The notes beneath the pieces were generated by a model. That model had not been told where the DNA came from. It did not search any database and was given only the letters and a program-made list of their open reading frames with translations. A program made the translations under genes and the position numbers. This document shows, in pieces, positions 1 to 10,363 of a stretch of 64,000 bases of DNA (position 1 is the stretch's first letter; each line of letters opens with the position of its first letter). The DNA is taken from positions 124,001 through 188,000 of IMG/VR virus record IMGVR_UViG_3300028735_000003, one strand, 5' to 3'.

Positions 1-455
1 TCCAATGGAACAGCAATAACATTGCTTGGTAACTCAAGATATTCGTGTAATACACCAACATATCTTGCTGATAATTTAGAACTAAATAATTGTGGTCGGC
101 TATATACTATCGGTCCATGATTAAAAGTAATTGTATATGCTTGCTTATTTAGATTTTTGAATACATCAATATTATTAATTACAAGATAATCATCAGCGTC
201 TATTATAAATATATAATCCGCTTTATTTTTAGCTAGTTCTAAAGATTTATTTCTATTGGTAGCAAAATCAAACCACTTATGCTTATGGAATTCACCAGGA
301 ATATCTTTAAGGCAATTCTGAACAATATATTCTGTATTATCAGTAGAGCCAGTATCACATATAATCCAGTAATCAATAAATGGTTTTACAGAGTTAAGAC
401 ATCTTTCTATGCAATGCGCCTCATTTTTTACAATCATAGATAAACATATGGTCAT
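1..455 (-). CDS. GT2-family glycosyltransferase resembling the protein/peptide-modifying (SunS/flagellin-GT-like) type; runs off the left edge of the window
   Basis: Not in the ORF track; translated by hand from ATG at 455: MTICLSMIVKNEAHCIERCLNSVKPFIDYWIICDTGSTDNT...WFDFATNRNKSLE...YIFIIDADDYL...YVGVLHE. Contains the MIVKNE, DTGSTD, DF..RN, DxD (DADD) and G.xHE motifs; AGGA upstream. Confidence 0.85.
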   Translation of the reverse strand, partial: MTICLSMIVKNEAHCIERCLNSVKPFIDYWIICDTGSTDNTEYIVQNCLKDIPGEFHKHKWFDFATNRNKSLELAKNKADYIFIIDADDYLVINNIDVFKNLNKQAYTITFNHGPIVYSRPQLFSSKLSARYVGVLHEYLELPSNVIAVPL

Positions 456-476
456 GTCCTATGATATATCGATACG

Positions 477-1463
477 TTACTCATATTTTACAAGTATATA
501 TGCATCATAGCATATTAATTCGTTTAAGGAAAATATGGATACATTATAGTGAGCTGCTATAGCATTTCTTATGCTACCATTATTGTTTCCTACTGATAAT
601 TTTTCGCTGATATAACGAATTGGTTTTGTATCTTTTACGATAATATTTCCAGTAACAATTACTTCATTATTAGTTTCATCATATAATTGTATGGTTATCT
701 TTTCGCCAATATTATTAGATTTAATATCAATTACAAAAAATAATGTACGTGTTAGTCCAGATATTATAGTAGGATAATCTGCCATATCAATACTAGTGCC
801 GCCAACAACTCCATGGGTAACAGGCGTCATAGAGCTAACTATTGGTACTCGAACTGGTAAAATAGCGCCTGGTAATCCCTGAATACCAGGTGGTCCCTGA
901 AGACCTTGGTCTCCTTTTGGTCCTTGTATTCCTTGTGGACCTGCCGGTCCAACTGGACCCGTAGGACCAGGAATACCTTGTAGACCTTGAATTCCCTGAA
1001 CTCCCTGAACTCCTTGATCACCTTTTGGTCCTTGAGGTCCTCTAATTCCTTGAATACCGGCGGGACCCGTATCGCCTTTAGGACCTTGTGGACCTGTATC
1101 ACCTTTAGGACCAGTTGGTCCAATAGGTCCCATTGGTCCCGTTGGACCAATATCACCAGTATCACCTTTCGCGCCTATTTTACCTTCTGGTCCCTGTAAT
1201 CCTTGCGGACCTGTTGGTCCTGTATCACCAGTGTCTCCCCTTTCTCCAGTCATACCCTGTGGTCCTGTTGGACCTGGACTTCCAGAAATAGTAGCCACAG
1301 AATCGCCATCATAAAACATCCAACCAGATTTAACATTGTATCGTAAAGATGCTGTTTTACCATCTGCGCATTGGAAAACAATCTCTTTATCTGAATCGGT
1401 TCCATCACCAATGTATAATGTATTTCCAGGTATTGAATTTATCGGGCTGCTTAGTTTTGGCAT
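477..1463 (-). CDS. Collagen-like (Gly-X-Y) fibre/decoration protein; paralogue of 4877..5602
   Basis: Long uninterrupted G-X-Y tract (GPTGPQG...). Start moved to MPKLSS (ATG 1463) because the longer ORF overlaps the upstream gene and this N-terminus aligns with MAKIVS of 4877..5602. Confidence 0.8.
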   Translation of the reverse strand: MPKLSSPINSIPGNTLYIGDGTDSDKEIVFQCADGKTASLRYNVKSGWMFYDGDSVATISGSPGPTGPQGMTGERGDTGDTGPTGPQGLQGPEGKIGAKGDTGDIGPTGPMGPIGPTGPKGDTGPQGPKGDTGPAGIQGIRGPQGPKGDQGVQGVQGIQGLQGIPGPTGPVGPAGPQGIQGPKGDQGLQGPPGIQGLPGAILPVRVPIVSSMTPVTHGVVGGTSIDMADYPTIISGLTRTLFFVIDIKSNNIGEKITIQLYDETNNEVIVTGNIIVKDTKPIRYISEKLSVGNNNGSIRNAIAAHYNVSIFSLNELICYDAYILVKYE

Positions 1464-1477
1464 GATTATCTCTTTAC

Positions 1478-1798
1478 TTAAATTGCCCAGGTTGCTATGA
1501 CTCTTATTGTAGGTTGAACTAATGTCCCAGGACCAGAATAATGTGCTCCAGTGAAATCTGGAGAACCAGTTACTGTCCAACCAACGTTATTTGTTCCATT
1601 ATAACCCACCATATGATAATATCTGACTTGTGTTGTTCCTGATCCTGCACCAACAGAGCAATAAACTGATGCCAATTTAGCATTTGGTAATGATGACTTA
1701 ACTGGGTCTTTAAACTCATGTTTTCCATCATATCTTACATCAGGTGCTGAAGAAGATACCGCAACATATGGAAGAGCTTCACCACTTAAATCAGCCAT
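1478..1798 (-). CDS. Small putative virion protein (106 aa)
   Basis: ATG at 1798 overlaps the upstream stop (TAATG coupling). Its C-terminal half resembles the N-terminus of 5616..8402. Confidence 0.65.
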   Translation of the reverse strand: MADLSGEALPYVAVSSSAPDVRYDGKHEFKDPVKSSLPNAKLASVYCSVGAGSGTTQVRYYHMVGYNGTNNVGWTVTGSPDFTGAHYSGPGTLVQPTIRVIATWAI

Positions 1799-2805
1799 TA
1801 GAAACCCACCAATGGTATTGTGCCAGGAACACTTGGAGTTCCATTCCAAGGAAAAATAAAATCATCGCATTGCCAAAATTGTCTTGTTGAATCATCTGGG
1901 TATGTTGTATCCACATATGATCCTAAATTAGCTGCAGATATATCTCCAAACCACAAATCATATATTTGCCCATGACGACCCTTAGCTCCGGTAGTTTCCG
2001 ACACGAGAGATATTGGATAAATATCATATTCATTGCTTATTTGATTTATAGAGCTAAAATTCTCTAATGTGGTTGCAGAGCCAAATCCCTCAGTGGCTAG
2101 ATACAATTTTGATGTTACAGAATTCATATAAGAAGTAAGAATTGCATTGTCATTATATATATCTAATCTACATTGAGTACTTAAATTACCGATACTACTA
2201 CCGGTTCTAAAAGCGACAATAAATGGATTTGTCCATCCACTTACTGGATTTTTTGGTTTGTCAAATAACCAAAATAAACCTGGGATACGTTGAGTTAGAT
2301 ATACTATCCTAGTACATTCTCCATCAGTACTCTGCATAATTTGCAACATAATATTGTCAGCAACGTTAGGATACCAATAGTCATTATTATTATCCAATAC
2401 AATCTGTGTCGTAGCAGTAGGTCTATTTAATGTTGAGCCGCCGGTAAATCCGCTAAGTCCGATTACAAATCCAATATATCTTGTACTGTATGAATATCCA
2501 AAATCTATACAAATCTCAAAATTGGAAAATATTCCAGTTTGTTTTAGAACTATCCAAGAATGTGCAACAGAACCTGCTGTTCCCCACTGAATATCATCTA
2601 TGGTATTCCACCTATCAACACCATCCATTCCTGCAGTGGTCTTGTTTGATGAGCCAGTAACAACCCATGGATTAGATTCAAAAGTTGTTAAGGCATTTTT
2701 AAGAGCCAAAATCATTTTTTTTGTATTAGTATGTTCATCACCAGTAGATGGTATCATTATATTTGGTTTAAATTGCCACGTTTTTTCAATTGTTGGTAAT
2801 GCCAT
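1798..2805 (-). CDS. Putative virion/fibre-associated protein, paralogue 3 of a tandem triplet
   Basis: Shares MALPT..KTW.F, NPW.V.GSS, AHSWIVL.Q, DGECTR, FWLFDKPKNPVSGW.NP, GRHG..YD and PWN with the two neighbouring genes. Confidence 0.7.
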   Translation of the reverse strand: MALPTIEKTWQFKPNIMIPSTGDEHTNTKKMILALKNALTTFESNPWVVTGSSNKTTAGMDGVDRWNTIDDIQWGTAGSVAHSWIVLKQTGIFSNFEICIDFGYSYSTRYIGFVIGLSGFTGGSTLNRPTATTQIVLDNNNDYWYPNVADNIMLQIMQSTDGECTRIVYLTQRIPGLFWLFDKPKNPVSGWTNPFIVAFRTGSSIGNLSTQCRLDIYNDNAILTSYMNSVTSKLYLATEGFGSATTLENFSSINQISNEYDIYPISLVSETTGAKGRHGQIYDLWFGDISAANLGSYVDTTYPDDSTRQFWQCDDFIFPWNGTPSVPGTIPLVGF

Positions 2806-2815
2806 TATATGTTCC

Positions 2816-3850
2816 TCATACGCTTCTATAAAAATCTGTTTTGTTCCATGGTAAGACTATGTTAGAAAAACACATAAATTCTCTGGCGCCAACTGCCGGA
2901 AAAGAATCTCCAGAATATAATACGCTGGATGTAAAATACATATCATAAATTTCACCATGTCTACCGTAACACCCAGGAGTTGTAGATGCCAAACCTATAG
3001 GGGTTAATGGCCATTCACCAGTTAATTGATTAGCGTATATTTGATTCTCTCCAATTGTTGCTGAGATATAAGCTTCTGTTGTCGCATATAGATACATGGT
3101 TGATGAATTAGCTACACCAATTATGGTGGCGTTATCATTTAATTGAGAATATGTAGCAGCAGTAGAGCCATTCAGTGCGTTGTATAAAAATATACATGGA
3201 TTAGACCATCCAGATACAGGATTTTTTGGTTTATCAAAAAGCCAAAATACTTTTGGAGTTAGTGCACTAAACGCAAATACTCTAGTACATTCTCCATCTG
3301 TACTCATCATACAACTTACATTATAACTAACAGGGACGTAACCGTTAATAAACAAATAATTATTTGGGAAACAGGTAATAACATCGGTTCCTGTCGGTGT
3401 TTGTGTAGTTACTGGTGAAGACAAATCAAATCCATTCAGTGGAGATACATATCCACAATTATAATAGGGGGAGGAATTTGGTTGTTTTAAAGAAATACAC
3501 ATTTCAAATTTAGTATTTATCTTTGGTTGTCTAAGGACGATCCAAGAGTGAGCGCTTCCACTAGGAGCCCAAACCAAATCATATATTGTTTTCCAATTAT
3601 CATTTGTATTTGCTACTAATGTTCCAGTATCAGATGTGGCTCCGTTTCTGCCAGACGATCCGCTAACAGTCCAAGGATTACTATTAATAACAGAATATCC
3701 ATCTTTGTCTTTCCATCCTGTAGGGTCAGTCAACATATTTTTTACAGTTAAATGGAAATTTCGCATATCTTCTTTATTGTCGTTATTACGAGTAAAATAT
3801 ACATTATTTGTCTTAAATATCCATGTTTTATCTAATGTAGGAATAGCCAT
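2816..3850 (-). CDS. Putative virion/fibre-associated protein, paralogue 2 of a tandem triplet
   Basis: Same conserved blocks as 1798..2805 and 3860..4867; AAGG RBS. Confidence 0.7.
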   Translation of the reverse strand: MAIPTLDKTWIFKTNNVYFTRNNDNKEDMRNFHLTVKNMLTDPTGWKDKDGYSVINSNPWTVSGSSGRNGATSDTGTLVANTNDNWKTIYDLVWAPSGSAHSWIVLRQPKINTKFEMCISLKQPNSSPYYNCGYVSPLNGFDLSSPVTTQTPTGTDVITCFPNNYLFINGYVPVSYNVSCMMSTDGECTRVFAFSALTPKVFWLFDKPKNPVSGWSNPCIFLYNALNGSTAATYSQLNDNATIIGVANSSTMYLYATTEAYISATIGENQIYANQLTGEWPLTPIGLASTTPGCYGRHGEIYDMYFTSSVLYSGDSFPAVGAREFMCFSNIVLPWNKTDFYRSV

Positions 3851-3859
3851 ATTATACCT

Positions 3860-4867
3860 TTAAGTAGTAACTGGTGTTGATTGATTCCATGGTAAGATTA
3901 TATCTCCAGCCTGTACGAATTGTTTTAAAGTTCCGCTTGAAGGATATGTATCCCCATTGGCAGGAGTAGTTGAGCCGAACCAAATATCAGATAATTTACC
4001 ATGACGACCATAAAATCCAGTAGTCATAGATGCTAGCCCAATCGAAGTAAATGGCCAAGCATTCGACAACGAATTAACTGTTGTTTGTCTTTCACCAACA
4101 GTCGCTGACACATAAAAAGACGTTGTATAATAACAGTTGGCGTTGCCAGTTTTACCGAACAAATTAGTAGCTTTTATGTATCCTCTTGCCGCATCATTTA
4201 ATACATCATATGTTGGCTCTAATGTAGAACACATAGTATTTATTGCTGGATTCGTCCATCCGGTTACTGTCTCTTTTGGTCTATCAAACTGCCAAAAACA
4301 TTTGATAACATTAGCCACGTATATCCATAATCTATTACAATACCCATCATCACTTATTTCTATATTTAAAACAGAACTAAATGGTGGCGTATTATTAGTT
4401 AACCACCCAGCGGATGCCAAATGTACCACTTCATCTGTAGCAGTTGGTCTTGTTAATGTTGATGGCGATGAAACATCAAATCCTGCGCCCAAAGAAGATA
4501 TTAGGCTTAATCTGTAACCAGAGCTATCTATTATATTTAAGTCTATACAAAGTTCAATATTCATGTCATTTATTTTGCTTTGTCTCAATACAATCCATGA
4601 ATGAGCTCCGCTATTCCAAACTAAATTTGTAATATTAGACCAATTATCAGCCGAATTAGCAGTAATAGAATTACTTGACGCGACAACTATCCAAGGATTA
4701 GATAATGTAGTTATTGCTCCAGACGAATCTGTCCAACCAGTACCAGAAGTCAATGCATTTTTTATGCCTAATAGAAGAGTACGATTATCTGTTAAAGCAA
4801 CACCTGATGTAGCATATGCTTGATTTACTTTAAATCTCCATGTATGTTCCAGTGAAGGTAATGCCAT
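3860..4867 (-). CDS. Putative virion/fibre-associated protein, paralogue 1 of a tandem triplet
   Basis: Same conserved blocks; GAGGA RBS. Confidence 0.7.
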   Translation of the reverse strand: MALPSLEHTWRFKVNQAYATSGVALTDNRTLLLGIKNALTSGTGWTDSSGAITTLSNPWIVVASSNSITANSADNWSNITNLVWNSGAHSWIVLRQSKINDMNIELCIDLNIIDSSGYRLSLISSLGAGFDVSSPSTLTRPTATDEVVHLASAGWLTNNTPPFSSVLNIEISDDGYCNRLWIYVANVIKCFWQFDRPKETVTGWTNPAINTMCSTLEPTYDVLNDAARGYIKATNLFGKTGNANCYYTTSFYVSATVGERQTTVNSLSNAWPFTSIGLASMTTGFYGRHGKLSDIWFGSTTPANGDTYPSSGTLKQFVQAGDIILPWNQSTPVTT

Positions 4868-4876
4868 AGTTCCTCA

Positions 4877-5602
4877 TTAGTACGAATATTCTATTGTAGC
4901 ATGTCTACATATAGCTACATTTGGACTTACCGACCCGACCAGACTTAATTGAACCTCATAATCTTTCATAGAGTTAGGAAAACCTCTTGTTGTTCCAGGA
5001 ATTAAAATAGCAGTTACAGTAGTTGGTACATGATTATTTGTAAATAAATTAGTTCCACTTACTTCTATATCATCAGTTGTATTATATAATCTAATGTAAG
5101 CATACCCATCAGTAGCTAATATATCAGCAATAAATAACCATGAACTAGCATCTGTAACTGATGGATCTAATCTTCTAATAGATCCCAATGTAGTATAACC
5201 ATTAGACGTACTAAAAACTCCTGCCAGACATGGGTATTCCCCTCGTAATAATCCGCCAGCAGTGCCAGTAGGACCAGTAGGTCCAGTTATGCCTGTCGGT
5301 CCTTGAGGTCCAGTGGGACCAGGATCGCCTTGAATACCCTGTATTCCTTGAATGCCCTGTACACCTTGTGGACCAGTTGGTCCAGTTGGTCCAGTTGGTC
5401 CAGTTGGTCCAGTTTGTCCAGCAGCAAAACTATGATATGCATATCCATCTGAATATTGCCAGCCGCCACCAATGTCAAACTTTAATGCAGCAATGTACCC
5501 ATCTGGTCTAATTGCTTCTATACGTTTTTCGGTGCCAGTGTCGTCTCCAATACGGATAACATTTTCATCTAATACATTGATGCCACTGACTATTTTAGCC
5601 AT
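4877..5602 (-). CDS. Collagen-like fibre/decoration protein (GPT-rich), 3 DGY motifs
   Basis: Central GPTGPT/GIQ collagen tract flanked by globular domains paralogous to 477..1463. Confidence 0.8.
   Translation of the reverse strand: MAKIVSGINVLDENVIRIGDDTGTEKRIEAIRPDGYIAALKFDIGGGWQYSDGYAYHSFAAGQTGPTGPTGPTGPTGPQGVQGIQGIQGIQGDPGPTGPQGPTGITGPTGPTGTAGGLLRGEYPCLAGVFSTSNGYTTLGSIRRLDPSVTDASSWLFIADILATDGYAYIRLYNTTDDIEVSGTNLFTNNHVPTTVTAILIPGTTRGFPNSMKDYEVQLSLVGSVSPNVAICRHATIEYSY
5373..5408. repeat. 9-bp tandem repeat (ccagttggt x4) encoding the Gly-Pro-Thr collagen repeat
   Basis: Read directly from the sequence. Confidence 0.85.
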
Positions 5603-5615
5603 AGTGTTTACTCAC

Positions 5616-8402
5616 TTATATCTCTAGAGTTACAAATAAATTCTCAACTGCACAGGTGGCACTTGTCTCACATCTTATTGTAATCCAATCTCCTTCCACA
5701 ACGCTGAATGAATCTACTAAATTCTTAGCAACGTATCCAACTATACCAGCAGGCATAGAACTATCAAGTGTCAGTGTTAATGCTGTATCTATCTTATTTT
5801 TTCTTACAGTTATAATAACAGTTTCACCAGAAGATGGGGGTGTTGAACAAGTTACAATTAATCTACTTACCGTTGCAGTAGGTGCATTGACAACATATGC
5901 AGGGAAGTTCTCACTTCCAGCACCAGTTTCAATAGCCATACTTACAATGTACCCGTCTAGAGGCGGAGAACTTGTCAATGCTCCATATGCGCCAACAGTA
6001 ATTGCTGTAGAGCCCGCGCTTATAGAGTGAGTATGTAAAGCATCTGCATTGCTTCCATTACATAATTTACTTATATTTAGACCTGTCACTTGCTCTGCTA
6101 CATGATATCCATCAATTGCGAAATTTTCTGTTATTGTAGATGACCCACCAGGTAAATCTATATAAGCACCAGTTTTAGAATTAGCTTTCAAATATGCTTG
6201 TGGTCCCATTAGATTTATGAACAAATTCATATTGGACCCATCAAGATATATGTGGTCTGTTTGTGCATTGGAATTGAATATTACATCTGAATTACCTAAT
6301 ATCGTACCAGCATCAATATGAACTTCATATCCATCTAAATTAAGAGATGTTGCTGAAGTAACGTTTACTTCATAGCCATCTAGATTAGTAACAAAATCTG
6401 TGCTACCAATTAATAACTCGTCTGATGTATTAGTTGACCATACTGGAATATCTATATTATTTAAACTATTTCTGGCTGCCGATCCCAATGTATTGTTAGG
6501 AACTCTAAGTGCTCCAGATTGAGCGGCAATATATGTACCTGTTGCCGATGGCGTGACTACTACTGTAGATGCCATCATTGGCAAGTTAGAAAGCAAGGTT
6601 AAATCATCACCATTTTGCACACTAGCAAACTTCCAATATCCATCAGATTCGCTCCAAATTATTGCAGAGTGGTCTCTATCGGTGATTCCGTCAGCGCTGC
6701 CTCTCTGAATTGATATACCAGTAATCAATGTTGGTATTGGGGCAATACCAGTGGTATAATTTAAGTGAATTACTCTGTCTGCGATATCTACAACTGTGCT
6801 ATCAATAGATGTTGTGGTACCTACAACCTCAAGATTTCCCATAATAATCGTATTATTTGTGGCGGAGCCAATGACTACACGATTATATCCATCAGATCCA
6901 ATCAAATATATGTCATCAGAATTAGTGGTGTTTCTAGCCATAATAGCTGCAACACCATTTGGAACACGTATCATACCATCTTGGGATGGATTTGTACCAA
7001 TGTTAAAATAAGGTCCATACCCATCTATTCCAATATTAGCTCTATTAATACCTCCTAATTCAAATTGAATAAATCCAGGCTGTGTTCCACTGTTGCCGTT
7101 ACCAGAGCTTAGAACCAACCCTCCACCTTGAAATGCTCCAGAAGTATCCTGTGCTCTTACTGTTAAATTTTGTGTAACACCATTAGTAGAATCTTGTAAT
7201 ATAATTGGAGATGTTAATGCATCGTCAAATCTAAATGATTTTGCATTTAACCAAATACTATCATTATCAGTTGGATAAATTGCATTATTTGAGAATATAG
7301 TTAATTTGGTTTGGTTTGCAGTCTTAAAAGATATATCTCCATTACGACTACCAGAACCAGATTGAAGAATTAATTTTCCACCATAACCAGAAACGTCTGT
7401 TGTATTTTGTGCCTGAATCGTTAATATCTGCCCATTACCAACTGTTGTTGTAGTTTGATAAATAATCGGAGTATTTGCATCTATTGAAAATCTGGCAAAC
7501 GAATCTCCCAATTCTACAAATGACACGCCATTAACAAGAAAACTATGATAATATGTTGCAGCAACACTATTAAGTATGCCTTTATTTATAGAGTCACCAA
7601 TATATATAGTATCGCCAATGCTTTTAATCAAATTAAGATTATTACCAAGTGTGTCTATAGAATAGATTGAATCGCCATTTTGCAATCTAATAGTTCCAGT
7701 AGTTGGGACATTGCTAAGTCCATGCGTTATATGGTCGCCAACCAGTAGTTCTTGTGTAACATAAACAGGATTTGTTATTGAACCAAGTTTTACCCTATTC
7801 GATCCATCTATCTGTACAATATCTACGTCTGCAGTATTAGATGCATTTCTTCCTCTAATAACAGAATCATTTGGATTATAATTAGGAATACGTATTATCC
7901 CTGATTGTGCAGGATCTGTGCCAACTGCCAAATATCCATCGATAGATAACGATCCTGTAAATACAGGAATAGATGCGCCAACAGTAGTTCCATCGCCAGA
8001 TGTATTGTAAGCAAACTTCCATCCAGATAATGTTTCATCCCAGAATAGACAAGCGTGATCTCTAGGAATTAAACTAGAAGTATATCCTCTAACAGCCGCC
8101 AAACCAGTGATTTGTGGTGGTGGTGGAACTGTATCTAAATAAGGGGCAGTTGGAGGATGAATCCAATCATAACTGTTTATATGAAAGAAGTATCCATCTG
8201 TTGAGTTAGTAGGTTTTAAGAAATTCTCTACTGCTGATTGAACTATTCTATTTACAGTTATATTTACAAAATTAGCAGAATTATAAATAGGTGGGGCATA
8301 CTTTGCTATTGAATCGGGTTGATCATTAACAATCCAATCAACATATCCAACGGCTCCTGGTGCCGCTGTATTGTAGGCTCTCATATAATATTGTATTGGC
8401 AT
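5616..8402 (-). CDS. Long tail-fibre-like virion protein with internal repeats, 9 DGY motifs
   Basis: 928 aa, rich in G/S/T/N/I and beta-type. Internal repeats such as ITG...RG...RDH...W...WKF and SG.IR.PN...RN..N..D. Lies in the fibre cluster. Confidence 0.7.
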   Translation of the reverse strand: MPIQYYMRAYNTAAPGAVGYVDWIVNDQPDSIAKYAPPIYNSANFVNITVNRIVQSAVENFLKPTNSTDGYFFHINSYDWIHPPTAPYLDTVPPPPQITGLAAVRGYTSSLIPRDHACLFWDETLSGWKFAYNTSGDGTTVGASIPVFTGSLSIDGYLAVGTDPAQSGIIRIPNYNPNDSVIRGRNASNTADVDIVQIDGSNRVKLGSITNPVYVTQELLVGDHITHGLSNVPTTGTIRLQNGDSIYSIDTLGNNLNLIKSIGDTIYIGDSINKGILNSVAATYYHSFLVNGVSFVELGDSFARFSIDANTPIIYQTTTTVGNGQILTIQAQNTTDVSGYGGKLILQSGSGSRNGDISFKTANQTKLTIFSNNAIYPTDNDSIWLNAKSFRFDDALTSPIILQDSTNGVTQNLTVRAQDTSGAFQGGGLVLSSGNGNSGTQPGFIQFELGGINRANIGIDGYGPYFNIGTNPSQDGMIRVPNGVAAIMARNTTNSDDIYLIGSDGYNRVVIGSATNNTIIMGNLEVVGTTTSIDSTVVDIADRVIHLNYTTGIAPIPTLITGISIQRGSADGITDRDHSAIIWSESDGYWKFASVQNGDDLTLLSNLPMMASTVVVTPSATGTYIAAQSGALRVPNNTLGSAARNSLNNIDIPVWSTNTSDELLIGSTDFVTNLDGYEVNVTSATSLNLDGYEVHIDAGTILGNSDVIFNSNAQTDHIYLDGSNMNLFINLMGPQAYLKANSKTGAYIDLPGGSSTITENFAIDGYHVAEQVTGLNISKLCNGSNADALHTHSISAGSTAITVGAYGALTSSPPLDGYIVSMAIETGAGSENFPAYVVNAPTATVSRLIVTCSTPPSSGETVIITVRKNKIDTALTLTLDSSMPAGIVGYVAKNLVDSFSVVEGDWITIRCETSATCAVENLFVTLEI

Positions 8403-8414
8403 CGTTTCCCCTAA

Positions 8415-10268
8415 TTATGCTCTTGATAATTCTCTCCACTCAACAGTAGCAAATGCTCTTCTGTCATCAGCGCCTATTGTAGCTGTATCAACTCGTACTA
8501 TTAGTTCATTAGTAGATGTTGTTATTGTTGTGGTCCAGCCAGTGCCATTATCTGTAGCTAGTGTAGACTTTATTTCATCCAAAACTAAAGTTCCAGATTC
8601 TTGATGAGCTAATATATCATAAATAAATCTTGCGCACGTAGGCGTTCCGCTTGTATTTACAACAAGGATTCTAACACACATTTCATAGGCTTTACCATTT
8701 TCAGTTGTTATATTTGCTGACGTACCTGGGATGGTTAAATCAAATTGACCACCGTTGATTTGATATCCATCTAATAAAATTCTAGAAAATTGCGCATCTC
8801 CAACTGATGCCCAGTAATTTAATGCATAAGTTTGTTGCCCAGAAATTCTCGATTTGGCAGCATAACCACATGCTGAAGCATATGTTGCGGATACTGTATT
8901 TCCATATCCATCAGCTATTCCGAACTCTCCATTAATAGTATTTGAATTTCCAAATACATGGGAATTATCAGCAGTGACTATATTATTCGACCCTATAACG
9001 GAAGAATTCTTAGAAGTTACGTTATTACTAGAACCTAACAAGATAACACTATCAGCCCCGCTTACTGTATTTTGTGTACCAGTTATAACAACTGAATATT
9101 CACCACTTACTATGTTTCCAGCACCAGTGATAATTGTAGAAGAACCAGATGTGGCTTGATTTAATACACCATTAATAACTGTAGAAAGACTACCCGAAGC
9201 AGTATTATTTGATCCGTTTAATATAGCAGACAAATAGCCATCGGCGGAATTGTGTATTCCATTATTAATAGATCCTAAATGTCCTGTAACAGAGTTAGAT
9301 AAACCTCCAATAATGGATGCATAATAGCCATCAGCTATATTATTCGACCCGCCAAATATAGACGAATACGGCTTAGTTATAGAATTATAGCTTCCCCCCA
9401 ATATGGAGGCAAATTCTTCAGAAATCGAGTTTTCTAATCCCCCGCCAATTATAGAATAATCAGCCGTAATTGTGTTTCTATATCCGCCAACTGATGTAGA
9501 ATAGTTTCCTGATACACCAATACTCAAATTACTACTTGCTAAATTGACAATACCAATCTTTGTATTATCAATTACCGACTGACTAACGGGTCTATTAGCA
9601 ACTATATTTTGTGATTCATAAAGAGGGTTGAAGACGATAGGTAATCTTGTTGGAACCCAAGATGATGACTGCCATATTAATGCGTAACCATCAGATGGTG
9701 TAATGGCAGATACGGGGCGTCCTTGAATACCTATTACTGTTTGATCTGTTTTTGTTCCTGAAAGATCTCTATATGCACTAAAACCAACTTGTGGCTCCCA
9801 ATATCCGTCAATGTTATTCCATGTAAGATGATATCCGTCAAGCGGCATTGTTGATACCAATGGTCTGTCTTGCAACCCTATTACAGTCTGGCTGTAATAT
9901 CCTCCAGACAAATCTCCACCAGCCGACCAAAAATCAGTTGGAATCAATTGCCAAAGATTATTTCTGCGTTGGTACAGTCCCTCATAGACATAACCGTCTC
10001 TTCTAAGGTACAGAGAACCGTTAAGCCTATTTTCTGTTGGATATCCATCACCAACACTAATAGAAACACCGCCATATCCATCTATATAAAATGGATTAGT
10101 AACATTTGGTGCAGGTGCATGTGGGTTGTTTATTCTCGCTTCTAGAATATCTAATCTAACACGAAGATCTGCATAAACTCCAAATGGAGCTATGCCCAAC
10201 ACTCTTTCTATTGTTTGCACCGCATTAATTAGATTATTAATAGCGATTGTTTTATCGTCAATAACCAT
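8415..10268 (-). CDS. Tail fibre/adhesin with beta-helix (YadA-head-like) repeats, 10 DGY motifs
   Basis: Two DLSG....QTVIG.Q.RP.....P.DGY...W repeats, followed by many ~14-aa S.I.GG..N repeats. Confidence 0.7.
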   Translation of the reverse strand: MVIDDKTIAINNLINAVQTIERVLGIAPFGVYADLRVRLDILEARINNPHAPAPNVTNPFYIDGYGGVSISVGDGYPTENRLNGSLYLRRDGYVYEGLYQRRNNLWQLIPTDFWSAGGDLSGGYYSQTVIGLQDRPLVSTMPLDGYHLTWNNIDGYWEPQVGFSAYRDLSGTKTDQTVIGIQGRPVSAITPSDGYALIWQSSSWVPTRLPIVFNPLYESQNIVANRPVSQSVIDNTKIGIVNLASSNLSIGVSGNYSTSVGGYRNTITADYSIIGGGLENSISEEFASILGGSYNSITKPYSSIFGGSNNIADGYYASIIGGLSNSVTGHLGSINNGIHNSADGYLSAILNGSNNTASGSLSTVINGVLNQATSGSSTIITGAGNIVSGEYSVVITGTQNTVSGADSVILLGSSNNVTSKNSSVIGSNNIVTADNSHVFGNSNTINGEFGIADGYGNTVSATYASACGYAAKSRISGQQTYALNYWASVGDAQFSRILLDGYQINGGQFDLTIPGTSANITTENGKAYEMCVRILVVNTSGTPTCARFIYDILAHQESGTLVLDEIKSTLATDNGTGWTTTITTSTNELIVRVDTATIGADDRRAFATVEWRELSRA

Positions 10269-10363
10269 TGATTACCGTTCCATACTGGATTTTACGCTAC
10301 ATCCCAATATATGCGTAAAGTTTAGTATACCACGGCGATTCAATTAATAATATAGACTATAAA

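Noticed and set aside
1798-10268. Diversity-generating retroelement acting on the fibre genes
   Set aside because: No reverse transcriptase and no near-identical template/variable repeat pair was seen; the paralogues are diverged throughout.
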